From: Macrostomum hystrix
Taxonomy: Eukaryota > Animalia > Platyhelminthes
Reading direction: 5' to 3'
NCBI GenBank assembly: GCA_950097015.1
Contig: CATNEN010000003.1
Coordinates: 7,316,001 to 7,380,000 of the forward strand
Length of the DNA stretch: 64,000 nucleotides
Part shown: piece after piece, positions 11,022-22,300 of the stretch
Numbering within the stretch: the first letter of the stretch is position 1
Layout: each line of letters starts with the position of its first letter
The notes under the pieces: model-generated
What the model was told of the DNA's origin: nothing
The model's input: only the letters and a program-made list of their open reading frames with translations
Database searches by the model: none
Made by a program: the position numbers and the translations under genes

Positions 11022-13407
11022 ATGTCAGGATACTCTACTGTTGGCCTTCGATACTCATCTATTGATAATGATGTAAACATGGCTCTTGGAGAGATGGAGT
11101 CTCTTAATTTTACAAATGTATATGACTTCGAAAAGTTATCCATCGGGTTAGAAGAGGAGTTCCGAGAATGGACGCAGGTATGATTACTACCAGCATATAT
11201 GCATTAACTAGCTTTTGCTTTACTTTTGCATATTGCATCTAGCTACAAATTTTGAAGTCTCTTGTCTTAGATGGGACATCAATTTTTTGATGAATTAAGT
11301 ACATTTTTATCCATTTTTATCAATGAAACAAAAGGCATATATGTGCTAACTATTAGCATAACTCACTCCGACAATATTATATTGTATTATCTGTAAGTGC
11401 TTTGCAACTAGACATTTGATACATTTTAGAAGTATTACTTCTAGTATTTGCCCCACAAGGATATAAAGTTTCTTAGTTTAAATATTAAACCTAACAAAAT
11501 TTAATATCAAACAAGAGCTACAACTACTATCTCCTACTACAGAGAATCAAAATTAGTTCTAGGAGTGTAATTTATTTAGCAAAACTGATGTACGTTTTTT
11601 ACACATGTCATTGATGTCAATGATGTCAACTCAATATCAATTTTTTATGTAAAAAGGTTCTTTTTTGTTGCATTTTAAAGTTATATTGGGTGTGAAGCTT
11701 TAAATGGCTATTGAAATAAGAAGCTTTTTGTTTTCTTTATTTAGCTTACTCTATTTCAAATACTAAAATAATTAAATTACAATTTTAGAGAAACTGGCAC
11801 TGGTCTATCTATGTCTCAGCAGTCTATGTTGCTCTGGTGTTCTATGGTCAGAAGTATATGAAGAATAGACCTGCATTCAATTTGCGACCTTTGCTTGCTG
11901 TATGGAGTGGCATCTTGGCTGTATTTAGCATCATGGGTGCCTACAGGTGTGTAAAAATATGATTTAATTTTTTCTGTTACATACTAATTATATTCTTCTC
12001 CCTTTTAATTTGTACAGGACCTTGCCTGACCTTATCTACACCTGGCAAAGTTATTCCTTTCATCACACTGTGTGTCACCCTAATTACTTCTATGGTGTTA
12101 CTGGCTTCTGGTCAATCTGCTTTGTGCTTAGCAAACCACTTGAGCTAGGAGACACCGCTTTCATTGTGCTACGTAAGCAGCATCTTGTGTTCCTGCACTG
12201 GTATCACCATATCACTGTGATGATGTATGTGTTCCACAGCTATTCAGAGCACACGGCCCCAGGCAGGTGAGCAGCTTGCTCTATCCCTTTAAATTTACAA
12301 AATATTTTTGTCATCTCTTATGTCTCCATTTTCGTCATGTCTTTATCCAACTGCCAGTTCTCTATCTCATTTTTCTATTCATCACTGACAAAGAATTCTT
12401 TACTCTGCAGATGGTTCTTCGCCATGAACTACACAGTGCATGCGTTCATGTACTCTTATTATACGCTGCGCGCGCTGCAGTTTCGCCCTCCCCGATGGGC
12501 CAGCATCAGCATCACCAGCATGCAGATTGCCCAGATGATCATCGGCTGCCTGCTGTTCGCCTACGTGCTTTGGACTAAGAAGGTAAGGCGCACAGAAACA
12601 GTGATTACTATTTGCAGGAGGGCTGTGTGAACTGGCTCATCATTTGGTGACACTAGACCTGCAGCCATCTAGAAGTCAAACTTTGCCGACTCCTGAGCAC
12701 ACACGCACACCCTAGATGCTTTTCGTAGGTACACGCTTACCCGGGTGTGTACAACTGCCTTGACTTTCTCATCGTCAGGCAGTGTAAATTGGGGCGTAAA
12801 TTGCACGACAAACCCCCTCCCTGTGACTGCAGATAATTGCAGCCTCGCCGCGTACTCGAGCTCAGGAACCTTGGTTCGAGAGTAAAATGCGCCATCAACC
12901 TCCATGGCATTGTGAGGGTGTGCACTGCCTGACAATGAAAAAGTCAGGCCCGCTGATGTACACACCTGTGTGAGTGTGTGCTCAGGAGTCAGCGAAGGGT
13001 GCCTTCTAGATGGCTGCGGGTCTAGTGTCACTAAATGATTTACAACTGCCCCCAGCCCTCCTATAAATGTCATTATTTTTGCAGGTAGATGCATTTACAA
13101 CAGCGAATTTTATTTAAATTGGAAAATATCTTAAACGACTCCACCGAATGAAACTCCGCAGGTCGGCCTAGCCTGTCAGGTGTCATACACCAATGCCATT
13201 TGCGGCAGCATCATGTACCTGTCCTATTTCGCCTTGTTCTCAAACTTCTTTTATCATTCTTATATAAAACCGTCGCGTCGATCAACTGTCAAGTCGGTCT
13301 CTGGCGAGCAGGTGGCGGCTAGTCAGCATCAGGCGGATGTGGCTGCAGTTCTCAAAGCAGTTGCTAACATGGAGCGTCGTGGCGTGGTTGCTAAGAAAGA
13401 CAAATAA
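11022..13407 (+). CDS. Very-long-chain fatty acid elongase, ELOVL6-like; exons 11022(or 11079)-11177, 11789-11946, 12018-12266, 12411-12582, 13162-13407
   Basis: GNS1/SUR4 motifs SKPLELGDTAFIVLRKQ, FLHWYHH, MNYTVHAFMYSYY, MYLSYFALF; C-terminal KKDK di-lysine ER signal; all junctions GT/AG and in phase. Confidence 0.92.
12612..13080. mobile_element. Inverted pair of SINE-B copies in ELOVL intron 4
   Basis: 12612-~12895 matches SINE-B minus; ~12900-13080 matches the SINE-B 3' half plus. Confidence 0.8.
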
Positions 13408-15137
13408 GTTATCTACAAAAGATATTTGAGCTGGATTATAACAAAAACTCGATTTGTTTTCTAGGGGGGGCATTCAAAGACACTGGTGGACGTTTTTTAA
13501 TAGCTATTTTCTTTATGAATACGTTTTTATAAAAAAATTAGATTTTCATTGTCTATTGTTTAGCGCCAATTAATATTTTTTTAAACACAGAAATGCGTGC
13601 TGTCTTGTTATAGTCTAGAAAATTTGCCAACCTGATCAAAACACGTTTTAATTTATCGAAATTAATAATATAACATAATGATTTAAATCAGACAGCCTGC
13701 ATTTTAGTAAAAATTAAACGTTAAAAAGTTTTTAAACTTTCCTCCGTTGCACAATGCCTCCTTAAATACTACACAACGTTGAAAGCAATAATCTTCTTTT
13801 TTATTTCAAATGTTCATCTTTTGTTCTTCGTTCTTTTCCCAATTTTTTCATGTACTTAGCTCAACATAATTTAATCATTTATTATCTTGTTTTCGAGACT
13901 AGAAAAATTAATTTTTCACTTATTAAATAATTTGTTTAAATTAATGCACTGAATTTAATGTGTTTTTATTGTCATTCTTAATTTCGCTTGATAAATTTCA
14001 AGCTAAAGGTTCAAGTTGGAAATTTCCGCGAAAGGAAATATTGCACATATTTCCGAATTTTATACTTTATTTTTACTTTTGGCATTTTTGTGCTTCTATT
14101 TTTGTTATTCAATGTGACGAAAAAAATAGTTTCATATTTGTACTTTGAAATGTTCTTTTTTTTTTAAAAAAAACTTCCCTATTTAGAACTTTTTCAAATA
14201 TCGCGTCTAGTTAATGAGATAAAAATTCCGTGTTATGAATATAAGCGTATTATATTACGCTGCAGCATATTTAATTTTAATACTAGTAACCTCGAAATGT
14301 GCTACTATAAACTCCTAGTTAATGGTCCCTCGACCGAGTTTTTCTGTTATAGTAAGTGACGGAATGCCGCGCGACAACATATTTTTACTAATATTATTTG
14401 GAATGGCAAAAGATAACATACTCTAACGAAAAATTTTCATTTTTTTCTAATATTTCTATGGTCGTACAAGTTTGTAGCTAAAGTAGATACTATATTAGAA
14501 TAGAGTAAATGGTTCATTACTATCGTTACCAAAACCCTAAGTGAAAAAATAGACTTTTTACGACACAGAAAGTTTTTCTTTATAGTAATGATAACTGAAT
14601 TTGAACCCTTGGTCACCTTGCCTTGAACATTGTTTCCTATGTCAGTTTTCTTTCTGGTCTAACTATTAACAGTAGAAAGATCACACATTTTTACCCCTGG
14701 GGAAACACCACGCGGTATTCCAAATGGCTCCCAAAGCGATTGTTTGAATATTTTAGGAGATATAGGAAAACTGTGGGTATTTAGATTGCCCTCATTGTCT
14801 TTCTACTGTTGAGCCATCCGTTTAATTAGTAAGTACGAGTACGTGGTATAAAGGCCTCTGTTGGTTTAGATAATGTCGACAGTGTTATTAATTGAGTGCT
14901 GTGGCCCCACTTTCAAGTACATTACCCGATTGAGTGCGATGTGAGACGATACGATTCGATTCAGATAGCCTGGCCTGTTTGAACTGCTGGTAATGTAACT
15001 GGTAGGTAAACTCACAGAGTTCGAATGCAAGTACAAGTTCACTCTGAGGCTCTTTTAAAATATTTTCGTATCGATCTGTACAGTCACGCTTTCGAGAATT
15101 GAGTTGTGAAGACAGTTTACATAATTCTCGAGAAATA

Positions 15138-15538
15138 GTCTCAACCGTCACAGACTGTCTCAGGAAATGAGTCTCAACCGTCACAGACTGTCTCAGGAAA
15201 TGAGTCTCAACCGTCACAGACTGTCTCAGGAAATGAGTCTCAACCGTCACAGACTGTCTCAGGAAATGAGTCTCAACCGTCACAGACTGTCTCAGGAAAT
15301 GAGTCTCAACCGTCACAGACTGTCTCAGGAAATGAGTCTCAACCGTCACAGACTGTCTCAGGAAATGAGTCTCAACCGTCACAGACTGTCTCAGGAAATG
15401 AGTCTCAACCGTCACAGACTGTCTCAGGAAATGAGTCTCAACCGTCACAGACTGTCTCAGGAAATGAGTCTCAACCGTCACAGACTGTCTCAGGAAATGA
15501 GTCTCAACCGTCACAGACTGTCTCAGGAAATGAGTCTC
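15138..15538. repeat. Perfect 33-bp minisatellite (GAGTCTCAACCGTCACAGACTGTCTCAGGAAAT), ~12 copies
   Basis: Identical tandem units. Confidence 0.97.
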
Positions 15539-16014
15539 ACTTGACACAGCGTGAATACGTCACTACCCAGTTATTTTTCTTCTTGAGCTTCACACAATTT
15601 TATATGCTCATGTGAAAATCCGCAGTACCATGTGAGCCCATATCGGCACAAGTACTCGAACAGTGGTGCCACCTTCTATTTTTGCCGATTGCAGAAAACC
15701 AACTTGTGCTTCACTTTTTAGTCTTTGCACCTTGGACTTTGATATGATTTTTAATATGCGAGTACTGTGCGCTGGTTCGCCGGTACTTTGCTAACTCGTG
15801 ACTGTTTCAGCTTATCAGCTGCGATATCAAACGTTTGATCGTTCGCTGAGTGCTTTTTTTATGTGCCAAGCATAATTCAATACCTGTACCATAAAATATC
15901 GAGTCTGACAAAACTGCATCCAACTACCAAGTAGATTAATTGTATCCTTAATAATTTTCTGCTTCGTGTGATCCCATTGCTTAGAATACTAGAAACTTTG
16001 TTTTCCTTTGTCGA

Positions 16015-16810
16015 TCTACTCTACCCAACAAGGCTACCTGTCTATAACTCTATGCAATTAAGCTACCTGTCCACTCTATCCAACTAAGCTACCTGTCTAC
16101 TCTATCCAACTAAGCTGCTCTATCCAACTAAGCTACCTGTCTACTCTATCCAACTAAGCTACCTGTCTACTGTATCCAACTAAGCTACCTGTCTACTCTA
16201 TCCAACTTAAGCTACCTGTCTACTCTATCCAACTAAGCTACCTGTCTACTCTATCCAACTAAGCTACCTGTCTACTCTATCCAACTAAGCTACCTGTCTA
16301 CTCTATCCAACTAAGCTACCTGTCTACTCTATCCAACTAAGCTGCTCTATCCAACTAAGCTACCTGTCTACTCTATCCAACTAAGCTACCTGTCTACTCT
16401 ATCCAACTTAAGCTACCTGTCTACTCTATCCAACTAAGCTACCTGTCTACTCTATCCAACTAAGCTACCTGTCTACTCTATCCAACTAAGCTACCTGTCT
16501 ACTCTATCTAACTAAGCTACCTGTCTACTCTATCCAACTAAGCTACCTGTCTACTCTATCCAACTAAGCTACCTGTCTACTCTATCCAACTTAAGCTACC
16601 TGTCTACTCTATCCAACTAAGCTACCTGTCTACTCTATCTAACTAAGCTACCTGTCTACTCTATCCAACTAAGCTACCTGTCTACTCTACCCAACTAAGC
16701 TACCTGTCTACTCTATCCAACTAAGCTACCTGTCTACTCTATCCAACTAAGCTACCTGTCTACTGTATCCAACTAAGCTACCTGTCTACTCTACACACCT
16801 AAGCTATCTA
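16015..16810. repeat. 26-bp minisatellite (CTACTCTATCCAACTAAGCTACCTGT)
   Basis: Roughly 30 tandem units with small indels. Confidence 0.95.
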
Positions 16811-17280
16811 GCTGTCTAGAATCTATTGAAGCGTGTCTTCGTATTAAAACCTATAGTTATCAATATTCCCATTATCTTTACTTTAGCAACCGGCCGTAAT
16901 CTAAAAAATTCGAGGTAGTTAAATTAGTGCCTCAATTTCACTATTTTACTGCCCGAAAACGTAGCCAATTTTTAGGGTCTTGACAAAATCTTGCACTGAA
17001 ATTTTATGCGAGATCTCTTGTTTTATATGAATCTGACCTGAAAAGTTAGAAATTTACATTTGAATGTATTACGTGGAAGTCAGTAAATATTTTAGGTCAA
17101 GATACTGTGTAGTACCCGGCGACGGACATTGAACCCGGCGACGGACATGTGAAGTACACTAGCTAGACACTCGCAAAAAGTATAGTTTTTGAGAAATTAT
17201 TTTCTTGAGTATCACTAAAAACGAAATCCCACCACTGAGCTTGTCAGTCTGATATAAATATGAATAACAAAGAAAAATAA

Positions 17281-17626
17281 TAATGATTGCAGGAGGGCTG
17301 CGGGCAATGGCACATCATTTGGTGACACTAGACCCGCAGCCAGCGAGGAGGCAATTCTGCCTATTTCGCTGACTCCTGAGCACACGCACACAGATACCGT
17401 ACGCAGGCACACATAGGTGTGTACATCTGCCCTGACTCTCTCATCGTCAGGCAGTGTGCACTCTCACTGTGCCTTGGAGGCTGGCCCTCAATGGCTTAAA
17501 TTGCACGACAAGCCCCCAAGCCTTCTCTCCGCGGCTGCGCCCCAAATGAATGTGGCCTCGCCGCGGAATCGAGCTCAGGGACCTTGGTGCGAGTAAACGC
17601 GTTAACCGCTCTGCCACCGACCCCCC
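17281..17626 (-). mobile_element. Near full-length SINE family B
   Basis: tRNA-like head GGGGGTCGGTGGCAGAGCGGTTAACGCG...GCTCGATTCC, internal hairpin, 3' stem GGCTGCGGGT/GCCCGCAGCC and ATT tail. Confidence 0.88.
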
Positions 17627-17639
17627 TAGCTTGTAAGTC

Positions 17640-17930
17640 TAGTAATTCGCAGCTTTAGGATTTCTGACCGTGTGATTGGGAGTTGAAATCTCAACCCAAG
17701 GGATTTGTCATCCCCGTGAGTAAGACACTAAATTACATCGCGCTAACAGTTCTTCACCATGCAGCTGTAAAATGCTGGGTACCATCGTCATGAGCTGGGG
17801 TAGAGAAACTTTTGTGGGTGTGGTGCCAGCTCTCAGCTAGCCGTTGGAAGCACCGTACGATAGCTGCGGCTGTGCCACTGTCACTGTCTGTACATCTGAC
17901 TCAATAAACTGCACTAGATATAATTTCTAT
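17640..17930 (+). mobile_element. Diverged SINE family A-related copy
   Basis: AAGACACTAA, CAGCTGTAAAATGCTGGGTACC and ATAGCTGCGGCTGTGC...CATCTGAC motifs shared with family A. Confidence 0.55.
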
Positions 17931-19361
17931 CCATCTATTTAACATGAAGCTACCTTGCAGGCAGTTATTAAAAATAGCTGCTTTAAACAAACCTAGAGCA
18001 GCCGTTGCTACGCAGGTATAATAGCGGGCTTCACAATGGCAAACACAGCCGCGGACTATAGCGGGAGTGTGTTACAGAATCTTCATTGTCTTTATAAATC
18101 CATACGATAACCAGTTTAATCTTGATTTGAAAAATTGCTTTGTGTAAACCTCGATGCAAATCTAAATTTAAGGCTGTCAAGAGAACAAAGATGGAGCCAA
18201 TGCGCGCCTAGGTTGGAGCAGAATGGAGAGTATGAGTAATGAGCACACAGCACGTGACTATCAACTCAAATATTAAATGCAGCTCTTTTATGCCTTTGAG
18301 TATAGTCGTTTACTTTGAACTTTTTCTGGTCAAGTCCAGTTTAATTTAAATTTAAATTCTAGATTCAGGTTTGGAATAGATCTAAACATATAACATGCAC
18401 GCATTGCTTAATACCCAGTTATTAGCCTTGTTTTAAAACTAGGCGTTTTGAGAACATGAAGCACGAGTTAAATATTTTAGTAGTCGATTTCAAGATAACT
18501 TTCGAGTAAAGACATTAAAACTTATATTAACAGTAGAAAGTTCACGGGGGTATTTCAAATGCCAACATTTCACTTTTTTCATTTTCTCCAATGCTGGAGA
18601 TAAGCTTTTGCTACAATAACAGCTCGTACTTATGATACTACTAAAAGTAAATCGACTGTCAACTATCAAGTATTGTTTCAGGATTCTTAAATATCCAGTT
18701 TGTTTTTATTTTAATTTCTGTGATTTATAATGCATACAATAGAAAATATATCTGGGATATTACGACGAACAAACGATACTACAGAGAAATCAAAAGTACC
18801 GAGCGATAAAACGATAGAGATCGCAAGACTTTAACAAATAAGAATTTAAAAGAAAAACTACAGATAGACAGAAAAGTATTTCTAAACTAATAATTAGAAC
18901 GCATATTTTTGTTATGTTGTTTTAATGCTTCCCGTTTTCCATTTTAATATTACTTACGAGACGTACTTTGACTTTTAAGAGAGGAATTGTCAACTTCTAA
19001 GTTTGAGGTCCAGATCGTTATAATTCGATTCGGTCATTATAAAATCGGTATCTGCAGCATTAGCTGCATGATGTCCTGCATCTACTGCCCGCAGCCTTTT
19101 GTTTCGCCGAGAATATGGTCGTGCCGCCTGGCTGTACACCTGACTAGAAAGAGTTACTCGTATGTAGAGATGAAGAGTCGGTGCTACAAGAATAATACAA
19201 ACTTGTTTGTAAGTGCAATCACAAATTCAACCGATTGAATTGCATTGTTATAAATTAAGGAAATGTAGGTAATAGAAGCTTTACAGATCCAGCCTTACAA
19301 TATTCTAGCTAATTCGGCAATAAAACATCCATAAGTAAGGTTCAAATATTTGTTTAAATCC

Positions 19362-22300
19362 TTAGTTCTGCTCCAGCATGACAGCGTGCTCATCTGTGCA
19401 GTTGTCCTCGGCGTCAACATAGTTCAGCGCCAAATCCTGGTCGATCTGCAGCTTTCGCATGATCGCCTACAAAAGCAGGTTTCGATGGCGCATCTGAATT
19501 CAATTCCCGTACAAAAGATTTTCCGACGTCCAGCGAAGTCAATCGCAAATGGGAACTTTTAGATTGCACCGACGTTCAGTCGACGTTCGCGTTTCAAGCT
19601 AATTCCACGTCTTTTGATATTATTCGAATTTTAATGTAGCTCGTAATTAATGAAAATTGAAAAGTTCCCATTTGCCATCGACGTCGCTAGACCCCAGTGA
19701 CGTAGTCGGGAAAGTCAGCCGACGTCCCATTTTTGTACGATACTCTTATCTACGAGTTTATTTGTACAATTTTCGACTTTTTAAACTCACACTTAGCATC
19801 GCCTCAATCCTGACTGTCTTCGATTTGAGCTCTTTAAGCTTTGTTTTCACTGTCACCATGGAAACGTCGGTATCCTCCTGCTTCTTGTAGATCTTGTCCC
19901 ACTGGTCCAGCTCCGGGTCAAGGGCTCTGTTGAGCTCGTCCCTGCTTATCCAAAGGTTGTTGAACAGCTTCGAAATGAAGTAGGTCTTCTTGCTCCTGTC
20001 CGGATTGGGATAGTAGGCCTCCGATTTAATGACGAATTTGCGAGTGAGGGCCATGGGCAGGATGGCTTCTACGTCGAGGGCCAACTCCACCTGTAAGTCG
20101 TGAAAAAGAAGAAATGTTTTTTAAATGTACAGCTCTATAATTTCTGATTTTTGCCACTAATGTCACCTGCATAGCCACCAATCTCACCTAGATAGCCACC
20201 AATTTCACCTGCATAGCAACCAGTCTCACCTAGATAGCCACAAATCTCACCTGCATAGGCACCAATTTCACCTGCATTGTCACCAATCTCACCTAGATAG
20301 CCACCAATCTCACCTGCATAGGCACCAATCTCACCTGCATAGCAACCAATCTCACCTGCATAGCCACCAATCTAACCTAGATAGCCACCAATCTTACCTG
20401 CATAGCCACCAATCTCACCTAGATAGCCACCAATCTCACCTGCATAGCAACCAATCTCACCTAGATAGCCACCAATCTAACCTAGATAGCCACCAATCTC
20501 ACCTGCATAACCACCAATCTCACCTAGATAGCCACCAATCTCACCTAGATAGCCACCAATCTCACCTGCATAGCCACCAATCTCACCTGCATAGCCACCA
20601 ATCTCACCTGCATTATCACCAATCTCACCTAGATAGCCACCAATCTCACCTGCATAGCCACCAATCTCACCTAGATAGCCACCAATCTCACCTGCATAGC
20701 CACCAATCTCACCTAGATAGCCACCAATCTCACCTAGATAGCCACCAATCTAACCTAGATAGCCACCAATCTCACCTGCATAGCCATCCGATTAAGCGAG
20801 GCCTGCTCCTGAACAGCCTTGATGTCGTCGACAGCCAAGCCCACGAGCAGGTTCATGATGATGATGCTCATGATGGCCAGGAAGAAGACAAACACGGCAT
20901 AGGTTGAACTGTCGTAGAAGACCTGCTGACTGGCGTTAAGCTCGTTGCCTGGTTCGTACTGGTTGTCGAAAGTGTTGGCGTACTCAAACTCACCAATCAT
21001 CATCACGGTGGTCTTGAGCAGTGTTTTACCCAAGCTGTCGAACGCGATCTGGTTCTGAATCAGCAGATAGAATGTGATGCTGAATGACACGATAAATAAG
21101 AAGAAGACGAGAAAGAAGCGCGAGAATGTGAAGAAGATGTCTGTGAACATGACAACGTAGATGCCAAAGCGAGGCATCTTGCGAATGTACAGCACAAGAT
21201 TGAGCCAGGCAATGAGGATTCCGATAGCTCCGGTGTTCCACTGCCAATCCTGAAAAAAATAATACGAAGTGTTCATTTCAGACTGAGTGCAAAACTTTTC
21301 TATCATCACTGCATAAGCTAGTTTTTTGGCACTCACCGTTCGAACACCGCAGGTTCTTTGGCAGCTGCTCAGGTCAACTACGGTGACTATGGCCAGACTA
21401 AAGATGCTCCAGTCCATGAGATTCTCGATGTTGATGTACTTTAGTCGACTCATAAAAATCTGGCTCACCTGCAAACAAAATGCACATCATAATGACATTT
21501 CAGCTACAGAACTACCTCCCAGAATACAGGGCGAAGCGGCGTAAAAAGGCTTAAGGGCTTTCGTGCAATTTAAACCCATGAGCGTAAGGGCCAACCTCCA
21601 AGTGTACAGAGCGTGACGATAAGGAAGTCAGGGCAGATGTACACTCCTGTATGAGTGTGTGCCTGCGTACGGTATCCGTGTGAGTGTGTGCTCAGGAGCC
21701 AACGAAATGGTCAGAATTGACTGCCCATGGGGCAGGTCTAGTGTCACCAAATGATGCGCCATCGCCCGCAGCCCCCCTAAAGTTATTATTGTTATTATTA
21801 TTATTATTATTATTACTCTAAGAATAAGCCTCACGTACCTCTTTGAGCAGAAAAAATCCTCCAAGGCCAAACACGAACCACATGGCCACGGCAGCCACCT
21901 GAGGCTTCAGGCAGCTCGGCAAGGACTTCAGCACCTGCTCGCACTCGTTGTCACTCCAAGGCGAGACATTGTAGGCTGGGTAGTACGGCGCATAGTACAT
22001 GTAGGTTGGCTTCAGAGCCAGCATGTAGGCTGTGAAAGCGGCTAAGAAGATGGCGTACAATCCCAGATTGATGTAGTACACCCACCTGCCGTAGGAGGTC
22101 CACTTGTGACGCAGCAGTGCAGACACTAGCGGGTGTTTCAGCAATGTTTCCCGCTTCTTGCTGTTAATAAAGTATGAATGCGAGTCGTTAGGCTTACACT
22201 GGTGCCCACATGAGGATACAGGCATACGGTAATAATACACGGGCCCTCGCTTTCCTACTAGTGCTCACAATTGTCTCAAATCTCCGGCGTCCAGACACTC

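Noticed and set aside
14888-15547. 219-aa ORF and CRISPR-like regular 33-bp repeat
   Set aside because: Units are head-to-tail with no unique spacers and no cas genes; the non-repeat part has no recognisable domain.
2900-16810. CAGGTR donor-like motifs in the 3-kb and 16-kb arrays as further splice-seeded repeats
   Set aside because: No host exon could be identified at either array end, so the link is unsupported.
17425-17465. Hammerhead-like CTGACGA-tga-GAAA-GTC in SINE-B
   Set aside because: No stem II or III and stem I is offset by 3 nt from the GUC; a simple long hairpin (GTGTACACTGCCTGAC/GTCAGGGCAGATGTACAC) explains the sequence better.
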